Assembly (NCBI GenBank): GCA_030832645.1
Contig: JAURIR010000001.1
Span: 1,333-65,332 of the forward strand
DNA from: Chitinophagales bacterium
Lineage (GTDB): Bacteria > Bacteroidota > Bacteroidia > Chitinophagales > Chitinophagaceae
Length of the DNA stretch: 64,000 nt
Direction: 5' to 3'
Shown here piece after piece: positions 8,800 through 18,305 of the stretch (its first letter is position 1; each line of letters begins with the position of its first letter). The notes below the pieces were generated by a model that saw only the letters and a list, made by a program, of their open reading frames with translations, was not told the DNA's origin and did not search any database. A program made the translations under genes and the position numbers.

Positions 8800-10359
8800 A
8801 TGGAGTCTACAAACCTGAACAGAGATAGAAGGAACAGAAGAAAAACGACAGGCGATTTCAATGCCATGGCATATGGCAAAGTGCCTCCACAATCCAGGGA
8901 ACTGGAAGAAGCAGTGTTGGGTGCCATCATGCTGGAGAGAGCTGCGTTTGATATTGTCATCAACATATTGAAGCCGGAATGTTTTTATGTAGAATCTCAT
9001 CAGACTATTTTTCGCGCGATTGTACGATTGAATGGAGAAAGTAAGCCAATCGATTTGCTTACAGTCGTGGAAGAACTCAAAGCCATGGAGGCATTGGAGC
9101 AGGTAGGCGGACCTTACTACATTTCAAAACTTACCAATGCAGTTGTTTCTGCTGCGAACATTGAAGCGCATGCGAGAATCGTGCAGGAAAAATTTATACA
9201 ACGAGAATTGATCCGAATCAGCAGTGAAATCATCACAGATGCATACGACGATTCAACCGACGTATTTGATTTGTTGGACAGTGCAGAGCAAAAGTTATTT
9301 GAAATCGCCAACGATCAGTTGAAAAAAGAATTCGATACACTCGGACGAAGTGTAATGGATACATTGAATCGCATTGATGAAATGCGTGCAAAAAACGAAG
9401 ACATTACCGGAGTGCCTTCTGGCTTCCCAACACTTGATCGTACTACCTATGGTTGGCAAAAATCTGATTTGATCATCCTGGCTGCCAGACCATCTGTCGG
9501 TAAAACAGCATTTGCATTGAACCTGGCTCGCAATGCCGCGATGCATCCTACCAAACCCAGTGCTGTAGCAGTATTCAGCTTGGAGATGAGTACCAGTCAA
9601 TTGGTGCAGCGTATCCTATCTGCTGAAAGTGAAATTTGGTTGGAGAAAATATCACGGGGTCGAATGGAAGACCATGAAATGCAACAATTGTATAAAAAAG
9701 GAATCGAACCTTTGTCCAATGCCAAGATCTTCATCGATGATTCTGCAGCGTTGAATATTTTTGAATTGCGTGCAAAGTGTAGAAGGCTAAAAAGTTTACA
9801 CAATGTCGGTCTTATAATCATCGACTATTTGCAGTTGATGAGTGGATCGAGCGAGAATAGAAATTCAAACCGCGAGCAAGAAATCAGTACCATCTCAAGA
9901 AACCTGAAACAATTGGCAAAGGAATTACAGGTTCCAATTATTGCACTCAGTCAGTTGAGCAGGGAAGTAGAAAAAAGAAAAGAGAACAATAAGATTCCAC
10001 AACTCTCTGATTTACGCGAATCGGGAGCTATAGAACAAGATGCCGATATGGTGATGTTCCTGTATCGCCCGGATTATTATGATATTACTACCAACGATAT
10101 GGGAGAGGATACCAAGGGTGATGTATATGTAAAAATTGCAAAGCATAGAAATGGCTCATTGGAAACCATCAAGCTCAAAGCAAAGCTCTACATACAAAAA
10201 TTTGAAGAGCAAGAGAGTATTGAACCTTTTGGCAAAGGTTTTCCTCAGGGCGGAAGTTGGAGGCCTGTTGCCGACAACGAAGGGGCTAAACTATTCATCC
10301 AGAAAGGAAGCAGAATGAACGATGAATCTGATGCCGATCCTATGGACACTCCTTTTTAA
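8800..10359 (+). CDS. dnaB: Replicative DNA helicase
   Basis: PPQSRELEEAVLG, AARPSVGKT Walker A, FSLEM, IIDYLQL, LSQLSR, SDLRESGAIEQDAD; -7-like TATATTCG at 8748-8755. Confidence 0.97.
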   Translation: MESTNLNRDRRNRRKTTGDFNAMAYGKVPPQSRELEEAVLGAIMLERAAFDIVINILKPECFYVESHQTIFRAIVRLNGESKPIDLLTVVEELKAMEALEQVGGPYYISKLTNAVVSAANIEAHARIVQEKFIQRELIRISSEIITDAYDDSTDVFDLLDSAEQKLFEIANDQLKKEFDTLGRSVMDTLNRIDEMRAKNEDITGVPSGFPTLDRTTYGWQKSDLIILAARPSVGKTAFALNLARNAAMHPTKPSAVAVFSLEMSTSQLVQRILSAESEIWLEKISRGRMEDHEMQQLYKKGIEPLSNAKIFIDDSAALNIFELRAKCRRLKSLHNVGLIIIDYLQLMSGSSENRNSNREQEISTISRNLKQLAKELQVPIIALSQLSREVEKRKENNKIPQLSDLRESGAIEQDADMVMFLYRPDYYDITTNDMGEDTKGDVYVKIAKHRNGSLETIKLKAKLYIQKFEEQESIEPFGKGFPQGGSWRPVADNEGAKLFIQKGSRMNDESDADPMDTPF

Positions 10360-10376
10360 TTTCTTTCGGTCGTTTC

Positions 10377-11075
10377 ATGAAAAGCGATACTCCCATTTTT
10401 TATCATTCCCAGCTTTCCACTCAACCCGCTTCGGTTGTGTTGGAAGAAGAAACCCAAAAGCATCTGGTAACTGTACTGCGTATGCAAGTGGGAGATCATT
10501 TTGTTTTGACCGACGGAAAGGGACTTTCAGCAAAAGCTACTATTCATCAAATTGCAAAAAAACAGGTAACGGTTTCGTTGAGTGCCTATGAAATACATGA
10601 CAAACCAGGAATAAAAATTTCATTGGGCATATCCCTGTTGAAAAATACTACCCGATTTGAATGGATGCTCGAGAAAGTAACTGAATTGGGTGTGCACGAA
10701 ATTTTTCCGTTGATTACCGAAAGAACCGAGCGACAGTATTTCAAAAAAGAGCGATTCAATCAAATTGTTCGAAGTGCCTCGTTGCAATCCGAACAGTTTG
10801 TATTTCCTCTTTTGTACGAGCCCCAATCGTTGGAGTCGCTTTTACAAGTTGATCTACCCTCATTTCGTTATATCGCACATTGTTACTCAACTGAAAAATC
10901 TCCCCTCACTAAGCAATCCAATGATTGCATTTTGCTGATTGGTCCGGAGGGAGATTTTACGCATGATGAAATTGAAGCTGCATTGCAAAAAAAGTTTATT
11001 CCAGTTGGTTTGGGTGTAACCAGGTTGCGAACAGAAACAGCAGGAATTGTCGGAGTGAGTTTATTAAGGGGCTAA
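10377..11075 (+). CDS. rsmE: 16S rRNA m3U1498 methyltransferase
   Basis: HLVTVLRM, EKVTELGV, IGPEGDF, LGVTRLRTETA. Confidence 0.93.
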   Translation: MKSDTPIFYHSQLSTQPASVVLEEETQKHLVTVLRMQVGDHFVLTDGKGLSAKATIHQIAKKQVTVSLSAYEIHDKPGIKISLGISLLKNTTRFEWMLEKVTELGVHEIFPLITERTERQYFKKERFNQIVRSASLQSEQFVFPLLYEPQSLESLLQVDLPSFRYIAHCYSTEKSPLTKQSNDCILLIGPEGDFTHDEIEAALQKKFIPVGLGVTRLRTETAGIVGVSLLRG

Positions 11076-12113
11076 GATTTTTTTTACAATACCCGGACCC
11101 TCATAAATAAAGCCCGTCCATACTTGCACAAGCGAAGCACCCTTTGCAATTTTATCTTGAAAATCTTTCTTTGTAAATACGCCTCCGCTTGCCATGACGG
11201 GGATTTCGCCATTGGTAAGACGAATCAATTCTTCCAGTACTTCGTCTGATCTTTTTTTCAGTGGCTTACCGCTCAACCCACCTGCACCTATTTCTATTGC
11301 TTTTGATTGGCCATCACCGCTCAAGCTGCTCCTGTCAATGGTTGTGTTACTAGAAACCAATCCATCCAACTTTACTTCTTTGCATATGTATGCAATGTCC
11401 TCCAATTGCTCTTTCGTGAGATCAGGGGCAATTTTTAGTAACAGTGGTTTCGGAAGTGGCCGAGTATGATTGTTGTTTTGCAATTTTTGCAAGATTTCTA
11501 GCAAAGCGTCTTTCTCTTGCAGTGCTCTCAAGCCAGGTGTGTTGGGTGAGCTTACATTCACCACAAAATAATCGACTACATCAAAGAGTTCGTTGAAACA
11601 AATTTCATAATCCCTCCAGGCTTCCTCGTTTGGTGTTACTTTATTTTTTCCAATATTGCCACCAATGATCATTCTATGACTTCCAACATTCCCTTTCTTT
11701 GGTCTTTTGTTGTACAACTCCAATCTTTGTTTGATCACCTGCACTCCATCGTTGTTGAATCCCATTCTATTGATCAATGCTTTATCGGTTGGAAGGCGAA
11801 ACAGTCTTGGTTTTTCATTTCCCGATTGAGCAATGGGAGTAACAGTACCTATTTCAACAAATCCGAATCCCAGTGTTTCCAATTCATTCAAGTAGCTGGC
11901 ATTTTTATCAAAGCCTGCTCCCAAGCCAATGGGGTTTTTAAAGGTGAGTCCGAAAAGCTGCAAAGTGGGGTTGGTATTTTTTACTTCAAACCACCATGTA
12001 AGAAACAGTCGGATTGGTGGAAAGCTGCAAAGTGCCTTCAGCAAGTTCATCGAAAAATAGTGAGCTTTCTCAGCTTCTAAGAGAAAGAGAATATTTCTGA
12101 GTACTTGATACAT
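11064..12113 (-). CDS. pyrD: Quinone-dependent dihydroorotate dehydrogenase
   Basis: NPIGLGAGFDKN, NRMGFNN, NVSSPNTPGLR, LKIAPDL, GGLSG; start moved to ATG 12113, preceded by TAATTTTG-CCAAC. Confidence 0.95.
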   Translation of the reverse strand: MYQVLRNILFLLEAEKAHYFSMNLLKALCSFPPIRLFLTWWFEVKNTNPTLQLFGLTFKNPIGLGAGFDKNASYLNELETLGFGFVEIGTVTPIAQSGNEKPRLFRLPTDKALINRMGFNNDGVQVIKQRLELYNKRPKKGNVGSHRMIIGGNIGKNKVTPNEEAWRDYEICFNELFDVVDYFVVNVSSPNTPGLRALQEKDALLEILQKLQNNNHTRPLPKPLLLKIAPDLTKEQLEDIAYICKEVKLDGLVSSNTTIDRSSLSGDGQSKAIEIGAGGLSGKPLKKRSDEVLEELIRLTNGEIPVMASGGVFTKKDFQDKIAKGASLVQVWTGFIYEGPGIVKKILAP

Positions 12114-12171
12114 GTTGGCAAAATTAACCCTTGTATTTCGTAAATTCGAGTGTATCCCAAAATCATATTGT

Positions 12172-13347
12172 ATGCAAGAAGCGTATATCGTAGCAGGATT
12201 TCGTACGGCAATAGCCAAAGCAAAGCGCGGAGGATTCAGATTTACTCGTCCCGATGATCTGGCCATCGAAGTTATCCAGGGTCTGATGAAATCAATTCCT
12301 GAGCTGGATGTGAAACGGGTAGACGATGTAATTGTAGGAAATGCGATTCCTGAGGCTGAGCAGGGTTTACAAGTTGGAAGAATTATAGCAGCAAGAGCAT
12401 TGGGGCATCAAGCACCTGGAATCACTGTCAATCGGTATTGTGCCTCTGGATTGGAAACCATCGCAATGGCAACAGCAAAAATCAGAGCAGGGATGGCTGA
12501 TTGCATCATTGCAGGCGGTGTGGAGAGTATGACATTTCTTCCATTTGCTGGCTGGAAGACTGTTCCTTCGTATGAGATTGCATCCAGTGAGCCTGATTTT
12601 TATTTGAACATGGGATTGACAGCAGAGGCGGTTGCAAAGGAATACAATGTATCAAGAGAGCAGCAAGATGCGTTTGCATTGTCTTCTCATCAAAAAGCAT
12701 CGAATGCAATTCAGCAGGGATATTTCAAAGAAGGAATTCTTCCCATTACTGTAAACGAGGTGTATTTGGATGAAAAAGGAAAGAAGCAAAAAAGAAGTTT
12801 TGTAGTTGACACGGACGAAGGCGTAAGGGCAGATACCAACTTGGAGAGCCTTGCAAAATTGAAACCTGCCTTTGCAGTGAACGGTACTATTACTGCAGGA
12901 AATTCCTCTCAAACCAGCGACGGCGCTGCATTTGTTCTGGTGGTGAGTGAAAAAATGGTAAAAGAGTTGAACTTGAAACCAATCGGACGATTGGTGCATT
13001 GTGATGTGGCAGGAATTCATCCCAGAATCATGGGGGTAGGTCCGATTGAAGCCATTCCCAAAGCTTTGAAGCGCGCACAAATGGATATCAGTCAGATCGA
13101 TTTGATAGAGTTGAACGAGGCCTTTGCCTCTCAATCATTGGCGGTCATCAACACTCTTGGTTTGGATGCCGCAAAAGTGAACATCAATGGAGGTGCCATT
13201 GCGTTGGGCCATCCGTTGGGTTGCACGGGCGCCAAACTTACCGTTCAATTATTAAGCGATCTGAAGCGGACCAATAAAAAATACGGAATGGTATCTGCCT
13301 GCGTTGGAGGCGGACAGGGAATTGCAGGTATTTTCGAACGGTTTTAA
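12172..13347 (+). CDS. Acetyl-CoA C-acyltransferase (thiolase)
   Basis: NRYCASG, NEAFASQ, GGAIALGHPLGCTG, CVGGGQG; start moved to ATG 12172. Confidence 0.95.
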   Translation: MQEAYIVAGFRTAIAKAKRGGFRFTRPDDLAIEVIQGLMKSIPELDVKRVDDVIVGNAIPEAEQGLQVGRIIAARALGHQAPGITVNRYCASGLETIAMATAKIRAGMADCIIAGGVESMTFLPFAGWKTVPSYEIASSEPDFYLNMGLTAEAVAKEYNVSREQQDAFALSSHQKASNAIQQGYFKEGILPITVNEVYLDEKGKKQKRSFVVDTDEGVRADTNLESLAKLKPAFAVNGTITAGNSSQTSDGAAFVLVVSEKMVKELNLKPIGRLVHCDVAGIHPRIMGVGPIEAIPKALKRAQMDISQIDLIELNEAFASQSLAVINTLGLDAAKVNINGGAIALGHPLGCTGAKLTVQLLSDLKRTNKKYGMVSACVGGGQGIAGIFERF

Positions 13348-13350
13348 CTT

Positions 13351-13369
13351 TTTGCAATACTGTTGCAAA
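13351..13369. promoter_or_regulatory. Palindromic operator candidate (possible Zur/Fur-family site) upstream of the TonB receptor
   Basis: TTTGCAA-TACTG-TTGCAAA inverted repeat overlapping the expected -33 region of the promoter with TAGCTTTG at 13386-13393. Confidence 0.6.
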
Positions 13370-13409
13370 TTTTATATTTCTTCGTTAGCTTTGCTGCACA
13401 TCTCTCTTC

Positions 13410-15782
13410 ATGAGGCAGTTGATCATTTTTGTTTTTTTCAGTTTTTTAATGAAAACGGTTGATGCACAATGTGTGTATTCCATCAAGGGTGTAATTAAAG
13501 ACGAGGATCAAAAAGTTGTACTGGAGAAGGCTACCATTAGCATTCTTGAATTGAAAAAAGTTTTACTAACAAATACATCGGGCGAATATCAGTTCAATGG
13601 ATTGTGCCCTGGCGACTACACACTTAAAGTAACGCACGCAGATTGCCAAAGCGTTGAAATCCATCTTCATCTTAAAGAAGACAAGGTGCAGGATTTTACC
13701 CTTTCCCATACAGAAAATAAAATGAAGGAAGTGGTTGTAGTGGGCACTACTACAGTACGTTCAGAGGGAATGACAGGTGAATTAAAGGGGAAAGAGCTGC
13801 TTGCTGCGCGTGGCTTGAGTTTGGGAGAATCGCTTCAAAAAATAAATGGAGTAACCGTTCTGCAAACCGGTAATAATATATACAAGCCTGTGATCCAGGG
13901 ATTACACAGTAGCAGGGTATTGATATTAAACAATGGCATCAGACAAGAAGGGCAACAGTGGGGAAGCGAACATGCACCAGAGATTGATCCTTATGTTGCA
14001 AACAGACTCACCGTCATAAAAGGTGCTGCCTCTGTACGATATGGAGGTGACGCAATCGGCGGCGTGGTATTGGTGGAGCCTCGATTACTGCAGTATAAAA
14101 AAGATCTAAGGGGGGAAATAAATCTTGCTGCTTTTTCCAATAACCGACAAGGCGTGGTATCAGCAATGGTAGAAAGTTCACTGGATAAAAAAGAAACTAC
14201 TTCTTGGCGATTGCAAGGCACCTTCAAAAGAGGGGGAAATGCACGAACGCCATCCTACTGGTTAAAAAATTCTGGAGTAGAAGAAGCGAATATGTCTGCC
14301 GCAGTTGGATGGAGAAAAAAGAACAGTGGGCTAGAGGCCTTTTATAGTTTGTTCAATACAACACTTGGCATATTCAGCGGAGCGCATATTGGTAATTTGA
14401 CTGATTTGCAAAATGTTATTCTTGCTCAAGAGCCTCCGGCGGCTATTCGCAGTGCTTCTTTCTCTTACCTTATTGAAAGGCCTTATCAAACCGTTCAACA
14501 CCAATTGTTCAAGCTAAAGGCATTCAATGAAATTCCTAATAAGCAACGCATCAGCTTTACACTTTCTTCGCAATACAATGTTCGTAAAGAGTATGATATT
14601 GTACGCAGCGAAACGGCATCACCACAACTGGAGTTAGACTTACTTACCAATATGGGTGATTTGGTCTGGGAACATTATTCAAATAAAAGTTTGAAAGGAT
14701 CCGTTGGGTTGAATGCAATGCATCAAATAAATTCAATCAACTACAGGTACTTTGTACCCAATTATAATTCTCTTGATCTTGGTATCTGGGCGGCAGAAAA
14801 ATACCAATCCAACAATTGGCAATTTGAAATGGGAGTGAGATACGATCACCGAAATCGTTTTAAGATTTTTGATAATGATAAAGCACCGTACCATCTGTTA
14901 ACAGGTAATGTGTTGCTTCCCGGAGCCCCCTACGGCACCAAGGTTTTTAGCGGATTGTCCGGTACAGGTGTGGTTGCCTATACATTCGATGAAACAGTGC
15001 GAGCATCCTTTACACTATCATCGGCATGGCGTTCTCCTCAGATCAATGAATTATTCAGCAACGGTCTTCATCACGGTGCTGCACGTATTGAAAAAGGGAA
15101 CAGTGATTTGAAAACAGAGCGTGCATACAATATTCTCGGCACCTTGATCATCAATAAAGAAAAATGGGAAGCCGAATGGGGAGTATACAATAAATGGATA
15201 AATGATTTTATCTTCTTAAAACCAACGTATCCTGCATTGTTGACGATTCGAGGCGCGTTTCCTGCATTTGAATATGCACAGACCAATGCGCTGCTTTCCG
15301 GTTCTGATTTAAGTGTACTTTATAAAATAAATAATCACCTTGTTGCACATGCAAAGGGTTCCTTATTGAGAGCCTTTGATAAAAAGGCAGCTACTTGGCT
15401 CATTCAAATGCCAGCCAATCGCTATGAATCCGAATTAGAGTATGTTTTTGCAGATGGAAAAAATTGGAAGCAATCCAGTGTTAAGGTTACAGTACAGCAC
15501 GTGACTGAACAAAAAAGGGTGCCTCCCACTGGAAATATTGAAGTAAAGGATCTACAAGGCAATACACGTATGCAATCTGACTACATCGCGCCCCCCGATG
15601 CCTATACACTTGTTAATATAGAAGCTGCAACTGCTAGAGTAGTAAAAAATAAAAAAATTGATCTGGTTGTTGCCGTTACCAATCTTTTCAATGTTTCTTA
15701 TCGTGACTACATGAACTCCTTCAGGTATTTTAGCCTTGATAGAGGTAGAAATATTTCATTGAAAATAAAGCACACACTGTAA
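13410..15782 (+). CDS. TonB-dependent receptor, probably metal (Zn) uptake
   Basis: Signal peptide, carboxypeptidase-regulatory-like N-domain, plug GIRQEGQQWGSEHAPEID / IKGAASVRYG, His-bearing loop ELFSNGLHHG, barrel end NLFN...GRN. Confidence 0.88.
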   Translation: MRQLIIFVFFSFLMKTVDAQCVYSIKGVIKDEDQKVVLEKATISILELKKVLLTNTSGEYQFNGLCPGDYTLKVTHADCQSVEIHLHLKEDKVQDFTLSHTENKMKEVVVVGTTTVRSEGMTGELKGKELLAARGLSLGESLQKINGVTVLQTGNNIYKPVIQGLHSSRVLILNNGIRQEGQQWGSEHAPEIDPYVANRLTVIKGAASVRYGGDAIGGVVLVEPRLLQYKKDLRGEINLAAFSNNRQGVVSAMVESSLDKKETTSWRLQGTFKRGGNARTPSYWLKNSGVEEANMSAAVGWRKKNSGLEAFYSLFNTTLGIFSGAHIGNLTDLQNVILAQEPPAAIRSASFSYLIERPYQTVQHQLFKLKAFNEIPNKQRISFTLSSQYNVRKEYDIVRSETASPQLELDLLTNMGDLVWEHYSNKSLKGSVGLNAMHQINSINYRYFVPNYNSLDLGIWAAEKYQSNNWQFEMGVRYDHRNRFKIFDNDKAPYHLLTGNVLLPGAPYGTKVFSGLSGTGVVAYTFDETVRASFTLSSAWRSPQINELFSNGLHHGAARIEKGNSDLKTERAYNILGTLIINKEKWEAEWGVYNKWINDFIFLKPTYPALLTIRGAFPAFEYAQTNALLSGSDLSVLYKINNHLVAHAKGSLLRAFDKKAATWLIQMPANRYESELEYVFADGKNWKQSSVKVTVQHVTEQKRVPPTGNIEVKDLQGNTRMQSDYIAPPDAYTLVNIEAATARVVKNKKIDLVVAVTNLFNVSYRDYMNSFRYFSLDRGRNISLKIKHTL

Positions 15783-15795
15783 AAAATCCAATTAT

Positions 15796-16350
15796 ATGAA
15801 ATCGAGAATTTTACTTTCCCTTGTTTCGATCATGGCAATAGGTGTACTAAGCTGTAACAAAGAAAAAGTCGATCCCAACGAAGGTGAGTTGATCACTACT
15901 GTTCGAGTAAAGCTTACCGAGAAGCTAATGGGAGGATCAGGTGCTGTATCGGTTTTTGAATTCAAAGATTTGGATGGAGAGGGGGGTGTTGCACCTTCTA
16001 AATTTGATGAAATTTCTCTTCAAAAAGGCAAGGTGTATGATTGTGTGTTAGAAATTTTGAACGAAAGCGTAACGCCTGCAGATAACATTACTGCAGAAAT
16101 CATTGCCGAATCAAATGATCATCAGCTCTATTACTCATCTACCAATAATCTTGTTGCTTTCAGTAATTTTAATCAAGATGGAAAAGGATTTCCGCTTGGC
16201 ACTTCATCCATATGGACAGCATCGTCTACAGCAGGAACAGGAATATTGAATATTACATTGAAGCACAAACCGGGCATAAAAACAGCAAACGATAATATCT
16301 CCGTTGGCGATACAGACATTTCATTGGATTTCAAGGTAAAGGTACTTTGA
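15796..16350 (+). CDS. Lipoprotein partner of the TonB receptor
   Basis: Lipobox VLSC; ELITTV...FKDLDG...EIIAESNDHQ...LKHKP motifs; 13 nt after the receptor stop. Confidence 0.8.
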   Translation: MKSRILLSLVSIMAIGVLSCNKEKVDPNEGELITTVRVKLTEKLMGGSGAVSVFEFKDLDGEGGVAPSKFDEISLQKGKVYDCVLEILNESVTPADNITAEIIAESNDHQLYYSSTNNLVAFSNFNQDGKGFPLGTSSIWTASSTAGTGILNITLKHKPGIKTANDNISVGDTDISLDFKVKVL

Positions 16351-16488
16351 TAGAGAGGCTAACTTTTCACTATTGAAAAGTTCCAAAGCCCATGCGCATT
16401 GGAATTGTTGTTGGGTGAAGAAAAAAGACTCTCTGAGCAGTCATTACTGGATAAAGTTCTGCATCAAAAAGAAGAAACAAAAAACTGA

Positions 16489-18258
16489 TTACACTCTTTT
16501 TCGTTCTCCAATCTGTTGGCGCCACATGGCGTAATAAAGTCCTTTTAATCCAATCAGTTCCTCGTGCGATCCTGTTTCAACAATTTCTCCTTTCTCCAGT
16601 ACATAAATTCTGTCGGCATGCATGATGGTCGAAAGCCGATGGGCAATCAGCAAGGTGATTTGCTCTTTTCTTGCAGAAATTGAACGGATGGTTTCAGTAA
16701 TTTCTTCCTCGGTTATAGAGTCCAATGCAGATGTTGCTTCGTCGAAAAGTAATACACGTGGATTTCTCAGCAAGGCTCTTGCAATGGAAATTCTTTGTTT
16801 CTCTCCTCCTGATAGTTTCAATCCACCTTCCCCAATAACACTGTTGATGCCGTTGTCTGCTCTACTTAATAGCGTATGACACGAGGATTTGTCTAATGCT
16901 TCTTGAATTTCCTCTTCGGTGGCACCTGGATTAACGAATAAAAGATTTTCCTTGATAGTGCCCGAAAACAATTGTGTGTCTTGTGTTACAAAACCAATCT
17001 GTTTTCTCAGGTCTTCAAAATTTATCTCATTTTCATCCAACCCATTGTATAAAATACTTCCCTCTTGCGGTCGGTATAATCCAACCAATAATTTCATGAG
17101 GGTTGTTTTACCTGATCCAGAAGGTCCTACAAACGCAACTGTTTCACCTCGCTGCACAGAGAAGCTGATATTGTCAATCGCTTTTTGCTTAGCAGTGATG
17201 TGTTGAAATCCAACTTGATTAAATTTCAATGTTTCAACATCTCCCAAATGAATGGGCTCTAGCGGCACTTTCTCTGGCTGCTTTTCCATCAGTCTGTGAT
17301 AATTTCCAATCGATGCCTCTGCTTCCCTATACGAGAGAATAATGTTTCCAATTTCTTGCAATGGCCCAAAGATGAAGAAAGAAAAAAACTGCATGGTAAC
17401 CATTTCGTGCGGTTGCATGCTGTCTTTAAATATTAAGTACATCAATAAAAACAGAATCACCTGGCGAAGAGTATTTACAAGTGTTCCTTGTAGAAAACTG
17501 ATGCTTCTGATTCTTTTTACTTTCGTGAGCTCGAGGCCCAATATCTTATAAGTATCTGCATTCAATCTTTTTACTTCTTGTTGTGTGAGTCCAAGACTTT
17601 TCACCAACTCGATATTTCTCAAGCTCTCGGTAGTAGTTCCGGCAAGAGAGGTGGTGCTGCTGACAATATTTTTTTGGATTTGCTTTACTTTCTTGCTCAG
17701 CAGATTGGTTCCGAGGCTTAACAATGTAATTCCGACTACATAAGCGATTGGTACTGACCAATGGATGTAAATGGATGCATATACAAATACAAATGTAATT
17801 CCCACCAAAATCGCAAACATCGCATTAAGAAAGTAATTGATAAATTTTTCGGTATCTGTTCTCACTTTGGTAAGTACACTCAATGTTTCCCCACTTCGCT
17901 GATCTTCAAATTCTTGGTAAGGCAATTTCATAGCATGTTGCAAACCATCCGTAAATATGGTTGCACCAAATTTTTGGATTACAACATTGGCAAAATAATC
18001 TTGAAAGTTTTTTGCAATTCTGCTTACCATGGCCGTTCCCATCGACATCAATAACAAGGTGAGGGTTGCATTGAAAAATTCATTCCAGGAATATCCTGTA
18101 TTGTTTTCCTGACGGGTATTGATTTCCTGTGATAATTTGATGATTCTTCCAAAGATGATTGGATCAATCAATGAAAAAACAGTGTTGACGGTTGCGAGCA
18201 GCAATGTCAATGCAATCAGCCATTTATAAGGCTTAAGATAATTTATCAGCAATTTCAT
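16489..18258 (-). CDS. ABC exporter, fused permease/ATPase
   Basis: Six-TM N-domain; GPSGSGKT, LSGGEKQR, LFDEATSALD, IAHRLST. Confidence 0.93.
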   Translation of the reverse strand: MKLLINYLKPYKWLIALTLLLATVNTVFSLIDPIIFGRIIKLSQEINTRQENNTGYSWNEFFNATLTLLLMSMGTAMVSRIAKNFQDYFANVVIQKFGATIFTDGLQHAMKLPYQEFEDQRSGETLSVLTKVRTDTEKFINYFLNAMFAILVGITFVFVYASIYIHWSVPIAYVVGITLLSLGTNLLSKKVKQIQKNIVSSTTSLAGTTTESLRNIELVKSLGLTQQEVKRLNADTYKILGLELTKVKRIRSISFLQGTLVNTLRQVILFLLMYLIFKDSMQPHEMVTMQFFSFFIFGPLQEIGNIILSYREAEASIGNYHRLMEKQPEKVPLEPIHLGDVETLKFNQVGFQHITAKQKAIDNISFSVQRGETVAFVGPSGSGKTTLMKLLVGLYRPQEGSILYNGLDENEINFEDLRKQIGFVTQDTQLFSGTIKENLLFVNPGATEEEIQEALDKSSCHTLLSRADNGINSVIGEGGLKLSGGEKQRISIARALLRNPRVLLFDEATSALDSITEEEITETIRSISARKEQITLLIAHRLSTIMHADRIYVLEKGEIVETGSHEELIGLKGLYYAMWRQQIGERKRV

Positions 18259-18305
18259 GCTGCAAGTTACATCAAATTTCTGCGACGATGTTTAAACGTT
18301 GATTA

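Noticed and set aside
12112-12266. Apparent 155-bp head-to-head overlap of pyrD and thiolase
   Set aside because: Artefact of longest-ORF starts; plausible ATGs at 12113 (-) and 12172 (+) leave a normal divergent spacer
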